A stretch of DNA of 64,000 nt, taken from assembly GCF_041956535.1 (NCBI RefSeq), contig NW_027192205.1:1-64000 (forward strand). Reading direction: 5' to 3'. The notes below the pieces were generated by a model. The model did not search any database. It saw only the letters and a program-made list of their open reading frames with translations, and was not told where the DNA came from. Position 1 is the first letter of the stretch. Each line of letters opens with the position of its first letter. The stretch comes from Calcarisporiella thermophila CBS 279.70 (taxonomy: Eukaryota > Fungi > Calcarisporiellomycota). Positions 24,022 to 36,402 of the stretch are shown here, one piece after another. The position numbers were made by a program, and so were the translations under genes.

Positions 24022-25104
24022 ATGAAGTATCGCGTTCTAATCAATTTTATCTTTGTTTTCTCCTTCTCCACCCACGCTTATCAGCACACAAGTTCTTCTC
24101 AAACAAACCCTCCCTCTCCCTCGCAATCCGATGGAATCGTGTGGGAGCGAGTGTACGGTGGAGCCACGGTAAGACACAAGGGGTGGGACAAAGCCAAAGT
24201 GATTAAAGAAGAAGAGAAGTCAGAATACATGGAAGGCCAGAAGGATGGGATGATATATGTTAAACCGGCTCTGGCCCCTGGATCTAAAGCCACCAAAACG
24301 AAGAGTCATTTGAAGACAGTAGTCACTGAGAGGCTCATTGTAGATAAGCCTTCAACTGTAGGAACAACAACTTCCGCCGAAGAGCCCAGTTTTACCATTT
24401 CAGGGATGCAAACGGAGACTTGGGGAACAAATAACTTACTTCCAGGGAGGAAAACAGTTGGAAATCCAGTCGTGGATAGAGTTTCGACTTATGCTCTAGA
24501 AACAAAAGCTTCAGCGGGGACGGCTGTGACTGGTACCGCAGCACCGACGGCGGCGCCAGCTTCGGTATCAGTGAAGTCAAAAGCCTTGCTGGGAGTATCA
24601 AGTGTTCCAAAGTCAGGGGTAGATGGTCCGATGGGAACGAAGACTGTACTGGCACGCACAAGGACTACGGATATAGTGAAATTAGCATCGGGAGCACCAA
24701 CAACGAGTTCAACGATGTATTCGATTAAGCCTACTCAGGGGCATGATCAAGCAAAGGAAGCTAAGACCACTGTATCACGTGAGCCAGAATTCAGGGCAGG
24801 AATAAAGACACTACAAGACAATCAGCACACTCGCTCACATACCAGCTCTTTAACTGAAAAAAACACAGTTAAATCTAATAATACGCAGTACCACAGGATT
24901 CGGCCAAAAGTGGCCAGAGGCAAGCGCCAGGATGAGGCGGAGAAAACAAATTCAATCCAAGCAAAGCTGGGGGAAAACCTGGTGGAAAAACCAGCGGAAA
25001 AGCCAACTGAAAAGCCAGCGGTGAAACCAGTGGTAGAGCCAGCGGTAGACCCAAAAGTCAAGCCTGTAGTAAAGCAGTCGAAAATGAATTCAGGCAAACT
25101 GTAA
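24022..25104 (+). CDS. Orphan secreted Thr/Ser/Lys-rich low-complexity protein
   Basis: 360 aa intronless ORF with signal peptide MKYRVLINFIFVFSFSTHA and C-terminal 4-aa repeats (KPAE KPTE KPAV KPVV EPAV DPKV KPVV). Confidence 0.7.
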   Translation: MKYRVLINFIFVFSFSTHAYQHTSSSQTNPPSPSQSDGIVWERVYGGATVRHKGWDKAKVIKEEEKSEYMEGQKDGMIYVKPALAPGSKATKTKSHLKTVVTERLIVDKPSTVGTTTSAEEPSFTISGMQTETWGTNNLLPGRKTVGNPVVDRVSTYALETKASAGTAVTGTAAPTAAPASVSVKSKALLGVSSVPKSGVDGPMGTKTVLARTRTTDIVKLASGAPTTSSTMYSIKPTQGHDQAKEAKTTVSREPEFRAGIKTLQDNQHTRSHTSSLTEKNTVKSNNTQYHRIRPKVARGKRQDEAEKTNSIQAKLGENLVEKPAEKPTEKPAVKPVVEPAVDPKVKPVVKQSKMNSGKL

Positions 25105-25498
25105 GCCTTAGCGACTCAATTTTCGCTAGTATGCATTGGAACTAATGGGATGAATATATTAGCCAAGCGGAAGCGAGCCCCAGGGGTATTGAGCATGGGG
25201 TTCTACCACTTCAAAACTTCAACCGCTATTAAAGGACCATCTATTTTAAAAGATCCTAGGAATGGGTCGATGCCTTTATATACATACATATATAAATATA
25301 TATTTACATATATATGCTCTATACTGTAACATTTGTTGGATAATATCGAATAAATACCGGCTTCTTTATAGAGAAAGAAAGCAGAGCGGATGGGAAAGAG
25401 AAAACCATATCGTATAAATGTATTTTTGCTTTGTAAAACTCTATTCAATCATAATTACACTCTACACACTGTGTTTTAAAAAAAAAAATCTATGTAAA

Positions 25499-27099
25499 TT
25501 AGTTCAATCCGAACTGTTTCTTGATTTCAGCAGTGCTGGTGGACTTCGGGCGCTCCAAGGGGAATCCAAGAGCACGGTCTGTCACCTGCTGGGCAAGAAC
25601 ACCAAGGGCTCGGCTCACACCGAAGAGAACGGTGTAGTAGTTCTGCTCAACCAAACCATAATGCTGCAGGAGCACACCAGAGTGGGCATCCACATTGGGC
25701 CAGGGGTTCTTCACCTTGCCGGTCTCTTGCAGGATCGGAGGAACAATGTTGTAAAGCTGGCTCACAACCTTGAAGAGCGGGTCGGAGGGCAGATGCTTGA
25801 GGGCGAACTCACGCTGGGCAGAGTAGCGGGGATCGGTCTTTCGCAATACGGCGTGGCCATATCCGGGAACGACTTGACCGCCGGCAAGCGTGCGCTTCAC
25901 GTAGTCGCGCACTTGCTCATCAGTGGGCTCCAAACCAATCTCGTCACGCATTTTCTGAATCCAGCGCAACACCTCCTGGTTTGCAAGACCGTGAAGCGGT
26001 CCAGCAAGGCCATTCATGGCGGCGGCGAACGAGAGGTAGGGATCAGAGAGGGCACTTGACACCACACGGTGAGTGTGAGCACTGACGTTTCCGCCCTCAT
26101 GGTCGGAGTGAATGGTAAGGTAGAGGCGCATCAACTCCACAAAGTTCTTGTCCTCATAGCCGAGGAGGGTGGCAAAGTTCTTAGAATAGTCAGCCTTGGG
26201 ATCGATGGCGGCAAGCTTCCCATCCTTGTAGACGTTACGGTAGATGCGGGCGGCAATGAGTGGAAGCTTGGCAATCAAATCCATGGCATCTTCATAAGTA
26301 TATTCCCAGTATTTGGTTTTGGAGATTCCGTCCTGGTAAGCTTTGGCAAAGGTGCTGTCGTGCTGCAGGGCGGTAATGGCAAGAGAGAACTGCGACATGG
26401 GGTGAAGAGTGTTGGGGCAGCGGTCAAGTAGCTCCTCCACGAATTCGGGGATAGAAGCTCGGGCGGCCCATTCGGACGAGAGGGAGTCGACTTGAGCTTT
26501 GGTGGGAACTTCACCCGTAAGTAGAAGCCAGAAAAGACCTTCAGGGAGCGGCTCCTGGCCACCCTCAGCAGTGGGGAGCTTTTGCTGGCATTCTGGGATT
26601 GAATATCCTCGGAAGCGAATACCCTCTTCAGCATCAAGAACGGAGCCTTCCCAAATCATACCCTAAAAGAATGAGCAAAAAAAAAGTCCGTGAGCCATCG
26701 TTGAAACATGGGGTCGGAGAGCAAGAAAAAAAATGCCTTTTAGTACTATCGTTTACCTTGATGCCACGCATTCCACCGTATGCCATATCGACGGTAACTT
26801 CACAGAGTTTCTTCGAACCGAGCTCCTTCTTTACTGTCTTAATTTCCTCTTGCTTTTGCGGAATGATCTCGGCAAGTCGTTCTTTGAGGCTCTGAACCTT
26901 GGCAGAGGAGTATGAACGCGATGCCTGGAAGGCCAGAGCAGAACTCGCCTGACGGCTGACAGGCTATTTACATAAGAAATTGTTGGGTCAATTAATAAGC
27001 CGCCAATCACCCCACTTTAGATAGGGCATGGAACTAAAGGGGGGTTAAGAAAGCTACCTTGTTGAGCGAGATTAAGCGAAGAGCATTACGGAGAGCCAT
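25499..27099 (-). CDS. CIT1: Mitochondrial citrate synthase
   Basis: Presequence [57 protein letters not shown] and NVDAHSG. Two introns. Confidence 0.96.
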
Positions 27100-27389
27100 T
27101 GCAATTAGCAATTTTTGTTTAGAGAAAGACCACCGGGAGAATTCGTAAAAACAAAGGAAAAACGTGAAAAAAATATAACGGAGGCTGTACTTATTGATCC
27201 CAAAACTTTTTCCCATGATGATCTCTGATTGGATAGATAGATATTTACTATCGATGGTGGTTATCCCACACCTATCCGCATTTGAATATGGTCGCGAAAA
27301 AAGAATGACGATAAGTTTGGCTGTCCCGCATTTTAGTTTTACTTATTTTTCTTGTCATCAGCAAAAAACCCAAGCCCATCCATCTCATC

Positions 27390-28609
27390 ATGATCCTGCT
27401 GGATTATCATAATCTGATCATTCAAGAAACATTGAAATCTCGCTTCTCAAGGTATGCTACCTAGCTTTTCAAATGTTTCCCACTTTGATGAAACGCGTGG
27501 AATCCAATATCTCTTCCTTTTACAATTAGTGAGAAGGTGGAGAACATCCGCATGACGGTGGTGGATTTCGATGGAGTTACGTATTTCATCCACACCCCTG
27601 AGAGCAAGACACGTATAGTCCTCTCGATGGCAATGAAATGCTACAAGGAGCTGGAGCAATATGGTGCCAATGATATTCTTCAACGCGAATATGGACCCTA
27701 TCTCATCACTCCGCCCGAGCAAGGGTACAACGTCACACTTGAATTCAACCTCGAAAATCTCCCAGAAGATAAAGGCAGGCAATTAATTTTACTCCCACTC
27801 TCAATATGACGTCCATGCATACTAAACCAAGCTTTCTCTCCGAATATTCATTTAGATGAGCTAATAAAAAAGGTGTCTCTTCTCAAACGAAATGTTCTCG
27901 CCGCACCTTTTGAGCGAGCATTCGAGCAACAGCGCCAGCTAGAAGAGCAGAAAGATGCACCCCCCAATACTGAAGTTATGTCGATCCATTACCGCGATGA
28001 GGAGGCCATTTATATTCAGGCTCAAGCTGATCGTGTGACAGTAATATTCTCGACACTGTTTAAAGACGAAACAGACCGCGTGTTTGGCAAAGTGTTTTTG
28101 CAAGAATTTATAGACGCTCGCCGGCGGCCCGCTATTCAAAACGCCCCCCAAGTACTATTTGCAAATCGGGAGCCTCCCTTAGAAATCAGGCATGTTGGTG
28201 GGCTGAGAGATAGTGATGAAGTTGGCTACGTTACTTTTGGTGGGGTTCCTTACACTCCTGTGCCATTTTATCATGTCTAATGTATCACTCTCTTTTGCCA
28301 TTGATCGGCTATCTATAGTTCTATTCCCTCGCCACTTTGCGCAAGGTCAGGTGCGAGAGGAAACCATCTCGCGCATCCAGATATTCCGTGATTACCTTCA
28401 CTATCACATCAAGTGTTCGAAAGCATACATGCACTCCCGCATGCGCATGCGTGTCGCTGAATTCCTTAAAGTTATCAATCGTGCGAAACCGGAGAATGCA
28501 CAGGCAGAAAAGAAACTTGCAAGGTACATAAAGCGTTTGCATGCTTGTTTATTGGAGAGCTGACACACTATTCTAACATTATAGCGGCAGGGCATTCCGT
28601 AGACCTTGA
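27390..28609 (+). CDS. ARPC2: Arp2/3 complex 34 kDa subunit
   Basis: [49 protein letters not shown] and a final exon SGRAFRRP*. Includes one GC-AG intron. Confidence 0.95.
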
Positions 28610-29021
28610 ATTGTAATTTATATTAGTCACGAACATGTTCATTGTTTAATTTTTTTTTCCTTCTTGATAAAACAATACATGGGGGTTATCTGCTTATGAA
28701 TTTCGGTGATTGTTTCGACTGGTGAAATTATTATTTTCCATATTTTCCGCTGACCCGCATTGCCCCCCCGAGAAGTATTTGTTCTGAGTCCTTCTGCTCA
28801 AGTCCCGAGAAATTATCGACGGTGGGCCGCAGTCATTTTTTTGTGCTGCTGCTTTGTTTACATTTTTGTCGGTTTCTCTCTTATTTTTTGGAATCCTTGA
28901 GAAGCCCTATCTCATCTTATTTTTTCTCACCGAGAAGCCAATAATTACCTATTGCTCGGATCCCTCTGAGCAGTTTTCCTCCCCTGTTGACGATTACGAT
29001 ATTATTTTCCTCACCCATAAG

Positions 29022-29130
29022 GTTAGTGAAAAGAAGGTTATAGTTGCTTTGGTCATTATTTCAGTGGCCGGTTACTCATACTCACCCATTCCTCTTTCCT
29101 TTGCCTTCTCTCTATCCTCCTCCTCTACAG
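29022..29130 (+). other. Probable 5'-UTR intron of LARP1
   Basis: AAG|GTTAGT donor, CTCAC branch-like motif, long pyrimidine tract and CTACAG acceptor, all upstream of the ATG at 29346. Confidence 0.5.
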
Positions 29131-29345
29131 CTTCAACTTTGAGGAATCAGTTAGAATAAGAAAGGAGGATATATAGCATATCTTTCTTTTGAAATTCTCT
29201 TAGGTTTATTTAACACTTATTTTTAAAGTATTTACCATTTACCGGAGACCTTTTTAAGTTTTTGTTCTTATTTGCTGTTTTCTTCACTTGTTTTATTTCA
29301 GTTTCCTTTTAACGAGTATCTGCTTGTCTATCCGAGGGAAGTGCC

Positions 29346-32250
29346 ATGGCCAACCCATCTGACGCTGTTACCCATCAGGTCTCGAATGACACTAATGGCA
29401 ATGATGTATTGAAGCCGACCGAGAAGGAGAATGCCGCCGTTGCTACTGTCGAGAAGAAGCCTGCTACGAAAGCAGTGAATGTGTGGGAAGCTCGCAAGGC
29501 TCTCACCAGCCAGAATGATGAGAGTGAGAAGAGCTCTACTGTCACACTAGACGATGCGGCTAATTGGCCTGCGCCGGCTGCTACTCTTGAAGAATCGAAC
29601 AATGCTTCCGCCGTTTCACCATCGACTGCTACAGCAACAAATTCGGAGGGCACAACTGCAGCTGCAAAGGAGAATTCCGGCGCAGGTGCCAAGCAAGGAG
29701 AAGAACATGCCCGACGAGGCAAAGCAAAATGGACCCCGATTACACCGAGTATTACGCATTCTTCACCCGCACGGCGAACCGATGGCTCGGAGGGCAGAAG
29801 TCGGGGTGGTAAAACTCGGGGAAGAAGGGGTGGAGCACGCGGTGGAGAACGGAAAAGGAGAGATTCCTCAGCATCGACTGAAAAACCTTCTGCCACAAAT
29901 GTCAACACAACGAAACCTCAAGAAACCTCATCGGAACAGCAGCCCCATGACCCTACAGCTCAGTCAAGCAGACCCCAGCAGCAAGCAAGTCGACTCACTG
30001 AGGACGCATCCTCTTCAAAGGCCACTTCAGGGGACAAGAAGAGGGAGGAGCAACGTCAGCCCTTGCGTGGACGAGGTGGATTCCGCGGAAGAGGAGGACG
30101 GGGCGTTGGACGAGGAGGCTCTGCTCTCCCACCTGCTTATCCGTCTCGTGGTGGTCGCGGGGGTTTCGTATCGCGTGGTGCTGCTCCGCCTGTTGCCTTT
30201 ACTCATACTGCCGGGGGCATGGATGCAGAGACACTGAAATTCTATATCCGCCAACAGATGTAAGCTCTCTCCCGACTCAAGCGATCCTTTTTGCATACTG
30301 ACCACTTTCTGCACTTTCCTTTAGTGAATACTATTTCAGCATAGAGAATCTTTGCAAAGATATCTTCCTTCGTGGTCAGATGGACTCCGAGGGCTTTGTT
30401 CCGCTTCAGTTGCTTGCCTCCTTCAACCGTGTGAAGCAATTGAGTGCCGAGGTTTCCGTGCTTAGTGATGCCCTCCAGACAAGCCAGGTGGTGGAGGTGC
30501 GTGGAGACAAAGTGCGTCGGAGAGAGGGATGGGATTTCTGGTTGTTCAAACACCAAGATTCCCGACCAGCCGATGAGCAAAAGCAGCATCCGGACCAGCC
30601 CCAAGAGGCCGGTCCATCAGTCGTCGCGCCACAGGCAACCCAGCAGGAAACGACTCATCGCGAACCCTCCTCACCCAACTCGTCACAGCCTTGGATCGTG
30701 CAGCAACGTTCCAACCGCCGCCGCTCTTTGCAACGCCACCGCCCTTCCCCTTCTCCCTCTCCAGCACTACGTCCCCGTAGCCACGGTATGGATGACGACG
30801 ATCTCTTCCAACTGGACGAGGAACTCGACGACCCAACTCTTCACATGCGAAAGCCACAAAAGTTCTACGCTTCCGAGGATGAGGGCTCCGAGTACGACTC
30901 CGAGGGGGTCGTCGAGCTCGACGACGACACGGTTGCACGCATCATGATCGTTACCCAGCAGCCCAAACGTCACGACCGCTCTCACGTTCCATTTGAACGC
31001 AAGGCAATGAACGACGATATCAACGATATGATCAATGAAGGCCTCTATCACTATGAACTTGATATTCAGCGCCGCGGAAGGGCGGGCCGCCGTCAGAGCC
31101 TGACAACGGGAGGACAAGGAGGAAACCACAAGGTGGAAACCATGAACGAGGACCAATTCCATTCCCTTGCCGCTTCCGTCCGGGCCCGGACTCCGTCCAT
31201 GTCCTCCAGCCAGCAACACGGTGTGTCAAGCAAGATTATCCACACCGAAACCGGCGGCAAGCGAAAGAAGAAGGTCACCCGATTCTACCCCATCCGCGGC
31301 GATCCCTCCCAATCCTCGGCGGCCTCCTCCTCGTTGTCCGGATCGCACCAGGGTCGCCGTGCCAGCTTCCTCCACAAGCACGATTCGCGGCAGTACCAGG
31401 CCACTTCGGTGGTGGGTTGGGTTCTCGGCGAGAAGCCCTACCATCCACCCGAAGGGGCCGAGCTCGGCACGTCCTTTGGAACATCCATGTCCCCCATGGA
31501 GGGCCACGGGTTCCCGCCGGGCGACCAGATGCTATCTACTTCCTACGACATTGCCCGCTCCTTCCCCGCATTCCAACACCCAAGCCACGACCTGTTGCGC
31601 GATAACGGGTTCATCCAGCACAAATACCACAAGTACCATGCTCGTGCTTTGAAGGAGCGCAAGCGCCTGGGGATCGGCCAGTCGCAAGAGGCCAACACCC
31701 TGTTCCGCTTCTGGTCCCACTTCTTGCGAGACCACTTCAACCGACGCATGTACAACGAATTCAAGAAGCTTGCAGTCGAGGATGCGAACGCGCAGTATCG
31801 GTATGGTCTCGAGTGTCTGTTCCGATTCTATTCCTATGGGCTTGAGAAGAAGTTCCGCCCCGACATCTGGGAGGACTTCCAGGAGCTGACCCTGGCGGAC
31901 TACGAGAACGGACACTTGTATGGCCTCGAGAAGTTCTGGGCCTTCCTCTACTACCGCAAGGACAAGGGAAAGAAACTCCAAGTGCGAGAGAAATTGAGCA
32001 AGATCCTAGAGGATTTCAAGGTGAGTTTGGATTTACTGGCTTGGCCACCCACGTCAACCAGTGCTCATGGCTCCCCCTTTTTTTTATTTCGTAGACCATT
32101 GAGGATTTCCGGACCGCTCAGCCAAACGCCCACCCCAGTAATTCCTACACAACCCCTAATAATCTCGCCCATCATCGCAATTCCCGAGTCGAGAAGAGTG
32201 AGAAGGCCACCGAAGCAAGCAATGAGGAGGCGCAACCAACTGCGTGTTGA
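29346..32250 (+). CDS. LARP1: La-related protein 1 (La motif plus DM15 repeats)
   Basis: La motif IRQQI|[38 protein letters not shown]15 region [35 protein letters not shown] and [11 protein letters not shown]-terminal RGG boxes. Introns near 30260 and 32021. Confidence 0.93.
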
Positions 32251-33187
32251 TATACATAGCTTATGTGTTTTTTTATGTTTGACTTTATTTTTTTTTTTTT
32301 TGCTCTATTTAGACTTTGAAGTGTGGTGTTGGAATTTCTTTCCTCTATTCCTCTTACTAGCTCTATTTCTACTATTTTTCTTCTGTATATATAGATTTTT
32401 TTTTCTTTTTTGGGAGTGAAGGGCGGGTTGGGAACATAGTGAGGAGTCACAACGGATATACATATTCGTTTATATTTTATTTGATATCTCTTTATTTTTT
32501 GTTGAAAGTAGTAAATTTTTATATACTTCTGGGATCTTTTTTTCACTATAAATCTTAAAAAAATATATAAGATAATATATTCTGTAAGTCTTTTTCTCTT
32601 TCTTTCTCTTTCTCTTATTTTCCTTAAAATATACTATTTTTCTATTATGAGCAAAGAGTTGCTTCTAATGATTTCGCGTAGTGATTTTGAGATGATATAT
32701 TTCAACCTTTGGCACTTCGTTGTACTTTCCCATCTATATCCAGACGTGGATAACTTCCGCCCTTGAAATCCCGTACCATGCACCCATTTTCTCCCTCGTC
32801 ACCTATCAATTACCATGTCTCTTCATCGCATGGTTATATTCATCAATGCTCATTGGATGGAATGTTCCCTCGGTTTCAATTGTTAGTAGGACTTTGAAAA
32901 GAGTGGCAAAATTAGTGATCGGTTTTCAAAAGAGGGTTTTATTAGTAGGGAAGGATTATTTGGAAGAAAATATATATATAAAATTACTTCCGTCTACAAA
33001 GAAATATATGTATCAAACAGGTGAGAAAAGATGTAAATTTTTTTTGTTATGGAATCATAAAGAAAACTTGAGAGACATGCCGATTTGGTTCCTCGAAATT
33101 TCACCCTCGTTCCTACGCTCAGAGCTGAAATAGGGAATAGAGAAATTGGCAACACAGAGCCTGTGGTAACATTGTCGAGTCATTTCT

Positions 33188-33691
33188 CTACTCGATGGTC
33201 ACCTTGCTAACCTTGCGATCAGGCTTGGGGATATTCACGGTGAGGATGCCATTCTCGTACTTGGCCTTGACCCCCTCCGGGTCGATATTTCCGGGGAATT
33301 GGAAGGAGCGCTGGAACGCTCCAAACGAGCGCTCGCGAGCCCACACGGTTCGGGGCGTGGCCTCCCTGACGACCTCCTTTGTGGCCTCGGCGCCTTCGCC
33401 CGCTTTCTCCACGGAGGTGCTCGGTTCCTCGCCGCTCTCTCGCACTTGATCGACCTTGCCGCGCAGCACAAGCGTGTTGTTATCCAGGATATCGATGCTG
33501 ATATCCTCACGCTTCATGCCGGGCATCTCTGCCTCGACGGTATAGCTCTTCTCATTCTCGGTGATATCCACGGGAAACTGTGAGGCAAATGGCATCCGCC
33601 GGGCAATATTGAACAACGGCTCCTCGAATGAGGAGAAAGCGTGGTTAATGTCGCGGACAAGCGATGGAAAGACGCGATTAATTAGAGACAT
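33188..33691 (-). CDS. Small heat shock protein (HSP20/alpha-crystallin)
   Basis: VDITENEKSYTVEAEMPGM, ERSFGAFQRSF and AKYENGILTVNIPK. ATG at 33691, intronless. Confidence 0.94.
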   Translation of the reverse strand: MSLINRVFPSLVRDINHAFSSFEEPLFNIARRMPFASQFPVDITENEKSYTVEAEMPGMKREDISIDILDNNTLVLRGKVDQVRESGEEPSTSVEKAGEGAEATKEVVREATPRTVWARERSFGAFQRSFQFPGNIDPEGVKAKYENGILTVNIPKPDRKVSKVTIE

Positions 33692-33785
33692 GTTGGGTGT
33701 GTAGAGATTTAACCTTGTATTCAATACGGAGAAAAGATGTGAGAAAAAAGTTCCTGGACTCTATCCATGGGATGGAGGCGTCCCC

Positions 33786-33820
33786 TTTATATATCCTTCC
33801 AGGTTACGAGAAGATTCTAG
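33786..33820 (-). promoter_or_regulatory. TATA box plus heat-shock-element-like motif of HSP20
   Basis: TATATAAA on the minus strand (33786-33793) and GAAgaTTC (nGAAnnTTCn) at 33810-33817. Only two perfect units. Confidence 0.55.
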
Positions 33821-33985
33821 TGTGATCTGCCAATCGGAAACAGGCGTGACTGCTTTCCGGCTTGGCATGGATTCGAGAGATATGTTTACTCATCGAGTGT
33901 GCAGAAGCACATAATCCAATACATGAAGGGGGTAGGGCAAGCAAAAATAAAAAAAACAACCAAAACAAGAGGCTCCACGCGAATA

Positions 33986-35437
33986 CTATAAGATAGCGCA
34001 GCAACCCGTTTGTGCCAGAGTTTTGTTTGCAGGAGGAGCCCAATCCTTCAATATCAGCCCCTCTTTTTCGTCCGCGTCATCTTCGTCCTCGTCTGCGTAG
34101 GCTTGATTGTTCTGAACAACCTGCGTCCCTTCTAGTGAGCGTTTTACAGGTGTATGTTGCTGGCCAATCCTTCCCTCTGGCAGCCACTCCTTCATCCATC
34201 CAGGATCATTTGCTAGACTCTCCACTCCCGACTCTACCATCTTAGCCAGCCGCTTGCCCACCGCAAAACATAAGGGCATCCCGTGGCCCGTATAGCCAGC
34301 ACCCAGCCATTGACCATCTAGTCCCGGCATCGGGCCCACAAACGGGAGCTCTGCAGCGGTAAAGCCCATGATTCCCGTCCATTCCATCCGTGCAAGCGGC
34401 CATACTCCTGGAAAATACGCCGGGATAAAGTCGCGCAGAAACCGAGACACTATTGGATTGAGCTCTGTATCGTTGGTGGTCCCTCGGCCGGGATCAAGTG
34501 TTTTGCCACCCCCCAATATAATCATGTGGTCAAACGGGCGTTGCTGAAGATATACGTTGCCGTTGCGAAAAGATAGCCCATACGGGAACCGCTGCTGGGG
34601 CAAGTACTCCACAATCACTTGGCCCCTTGTCGGCGTGATGTATGGTCTCAGCGATGGTAAAAGGTGGCCTGCCCATGCATTCGTGCAATGCACAACGTGC
34701 CGAGCAAGCACGGAGCCCCTTGGTGTAATCACTTTCCACCTGTATCCGTCAGTGGCCCTGTGTTCAACAGAAACGACGTCGGTCACGGGAGTTTCGGTTT
34801 GAAAATTCAGCTTCTGCTTCGCTACCGCTTCTTCCAGCAACTTCCACACAAAGTCTGCGGGGTAAAATTGGAATCCAGGCACCTTTCCCGCTCCCACGAA
34901 AGCAGGCGTCCTAAGCCTGCGATAAGTTTCTGTGGCATCCCAAATCTCGGCCCCGTACGCAACTCCAGCTTGAACGGCCCAGTGGTAATCTGCCACCGCT
35001 TCAGAATAAGTTGCAGGATCTTCATACGTCCTCACTCTTCCATTCTCGACTAGATCACCACTACCGAGCTGCTTTGCCTTGGCAACAAGCTCTTGAACTC
35101 CCATATGTTCGGCGATGCGCACGCGGACCGCGGCATCGGCCCCAAGACGTCTAGCATCCTCGCGAATGCCGAAAAAGTTGGCGGCGACAAGATGCCCTCC
35201 ATTTCGACTTGTCGCACCACTGCATGCCTCGCGAGCCTCGAGCAGCAAAATGGACCCATCGGGATGCTTGGCTGAGAGATGGTAGGCGGCCGAAGCTCCT
35301 GTGAGGCCAGAACCAATCACCACCGCAAAAGCTTTGGCGGGAAGTTCTGGAGTACTCCGATGCTTCCACATTTTGGAAGGCTTTTTCACTTGCCAGTAGG
35401 ACACGGTCGAGTTGGGCAGAGGAAGTTGGGGATCCAT
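33986..35437 (-). CDS. FAD-dependent oxidoreductase (DAO/PuuB-like), copy A, C-terminal CCAIL
   Basis: MDPQLPLPNSTVSYWQ, VIGSGLTG, EAREACSGATSRNGGH, HCTNAW, PTRGQV, WTGIMG and GYTGHGM. Intronless. Confidence 0.92.
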   Translation of the reverse strand: MDPQLPLPNSTVSYWQVKKPSKMWKHRSTPELPAKAFAVVIGSGLTGASAAYHLSAKHPDGSILLLEAREACSGATSRNGGHLVAANFFGIREDARRLGADAAVRVRIAEHMGVQELVAKAKQLGSGDLVENGRVRTYEDPATYSEAVADYHWAVQAGVAYGAEIWDATETYRRLRTPAFVGAGKVPGFQFYPADFVWKLLEEAVAKQKLNFQTETPVTDVVSVEHRATDGYRWKVITPRGSVLARHVVHCTNAWAGHLLPSLRPYITPTRGQVIVEYLPQQRFPYGLSFRNGNVYLQQRPFDHMIILGGGKTLDPGRGTTNDTELNPIVSRFLRDFIPAYFPGVWPLARMEWTGIMGFTAAELPFVGPMPGLDGQWLGAGYTGHGMPLCFAVGKRLAKMVESGVESLANDPGWMKEWLPEGRIGQQHTPVKRSLEGTQVVQNNQAYADEDEDDADEKEGLILKDWAPPANKTLAQTGCCAIL

Positions 35438-36068
35438 AGCCGCATACACCCACGCAAATATCCGAATCGATAATATAAATACTCTATGGTATATGGATTA
35501 AGGAGTAGAAATGCTCAGAGTAAGAGCAAGAATTCACAAGCAAAGAATAGCATGAACAGGTATGGATACTCTGCTCTCTCTTCTAGTGGCAAATGCGGAA
35601 TAATTAAGGTTAAAAAGATATAGTCGCCCAATCATAATCAATCGCCATATCATGCGACCCCCATCCTTTCCTTACGAGAACAAAGCGAAATGAATATACG
35701 AAAGGGAAAGTCACTCCAATCCAACTAGGTCAGCTTGCGCTGATGGACAAGATGGCTAGGATATCTCCATAGTCTGAATTGAATATCTGGTTGAAAACCT
35801 CCTATACTTGAGCTATGGCTCCCGTATCTCGATCCGTTGGATCCCATTTTCCAATGGATCCCATTTTCCAATAGGCCATCGCAGGAGGGAAGAGGAAGTA
35901 CATATTTGTATCTGTTACTTTCTTATCCTAAGCTCTTATGGCAGCAGGGAATGGATTTTATGCAACTCGTTTAGCAAGGTTCGATATAAAATGAAAAGTA
36001 TCTATTATTGTAAATAAAGAACAACAATAGCTCAAAATTACAGTATGAGATAAATCTCCTTCATCTCC

Positions 36069-36402
36069 CAGCCATTGCGGTTTCAGTGTGAAGCGAGGTC
36101 CGAGTTCCTGTAAATCGATCCATTTCGTGACCCAAAGTATATAGTGATGCGATCGCAAGAAGAAGTCGCGCTGGATATGGAATGTGCACACCTGCCGACC
36201 CTGGAACTCGGGGATATGTGGGAAGAGGGATTGGAACAAAAGGCCTATTGCGTGATCTAGTCGAGTGTTGAGGTTGTTGAGGATTAGCTCAGGGGTATGT
36301 GCGCTGGTGCGGCCGTGGTAATCGATGTCTTTGGAAAGTTTGATGGAGGTAAGTTTGAAGTGGGCGATGGGCCCTCCTGGGAGATAAATGAGGGTGAAGC
36401 CA
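36069..36402 (-). pseudogene. RPF1 last-exon fragment carried along by the duplication
   Basis: Diverged copy of 38579-38915 ([35 protein letters not shown]). Splice acceptor lost, upstream exons absent, C-terminal codons deleted. Confidence 0.88.

Noticed and set aside
25418-26431. Long plus-strand ORFs over citrate synthase, and similar antisense or alternate-frame ORFs over LARP1, Abp2, DHHC, INTS3 and Nup170
   Set aside because: Shadow ORFs expected from GC-rich codon bias. They have no independent motifs.
35839-35872. 17-bp tandem duplication GGATCCCATTTTCCAAT in duplication unit A only
   Set aside because: Two copies with no spacer; most likely a local slippage event, not an array.
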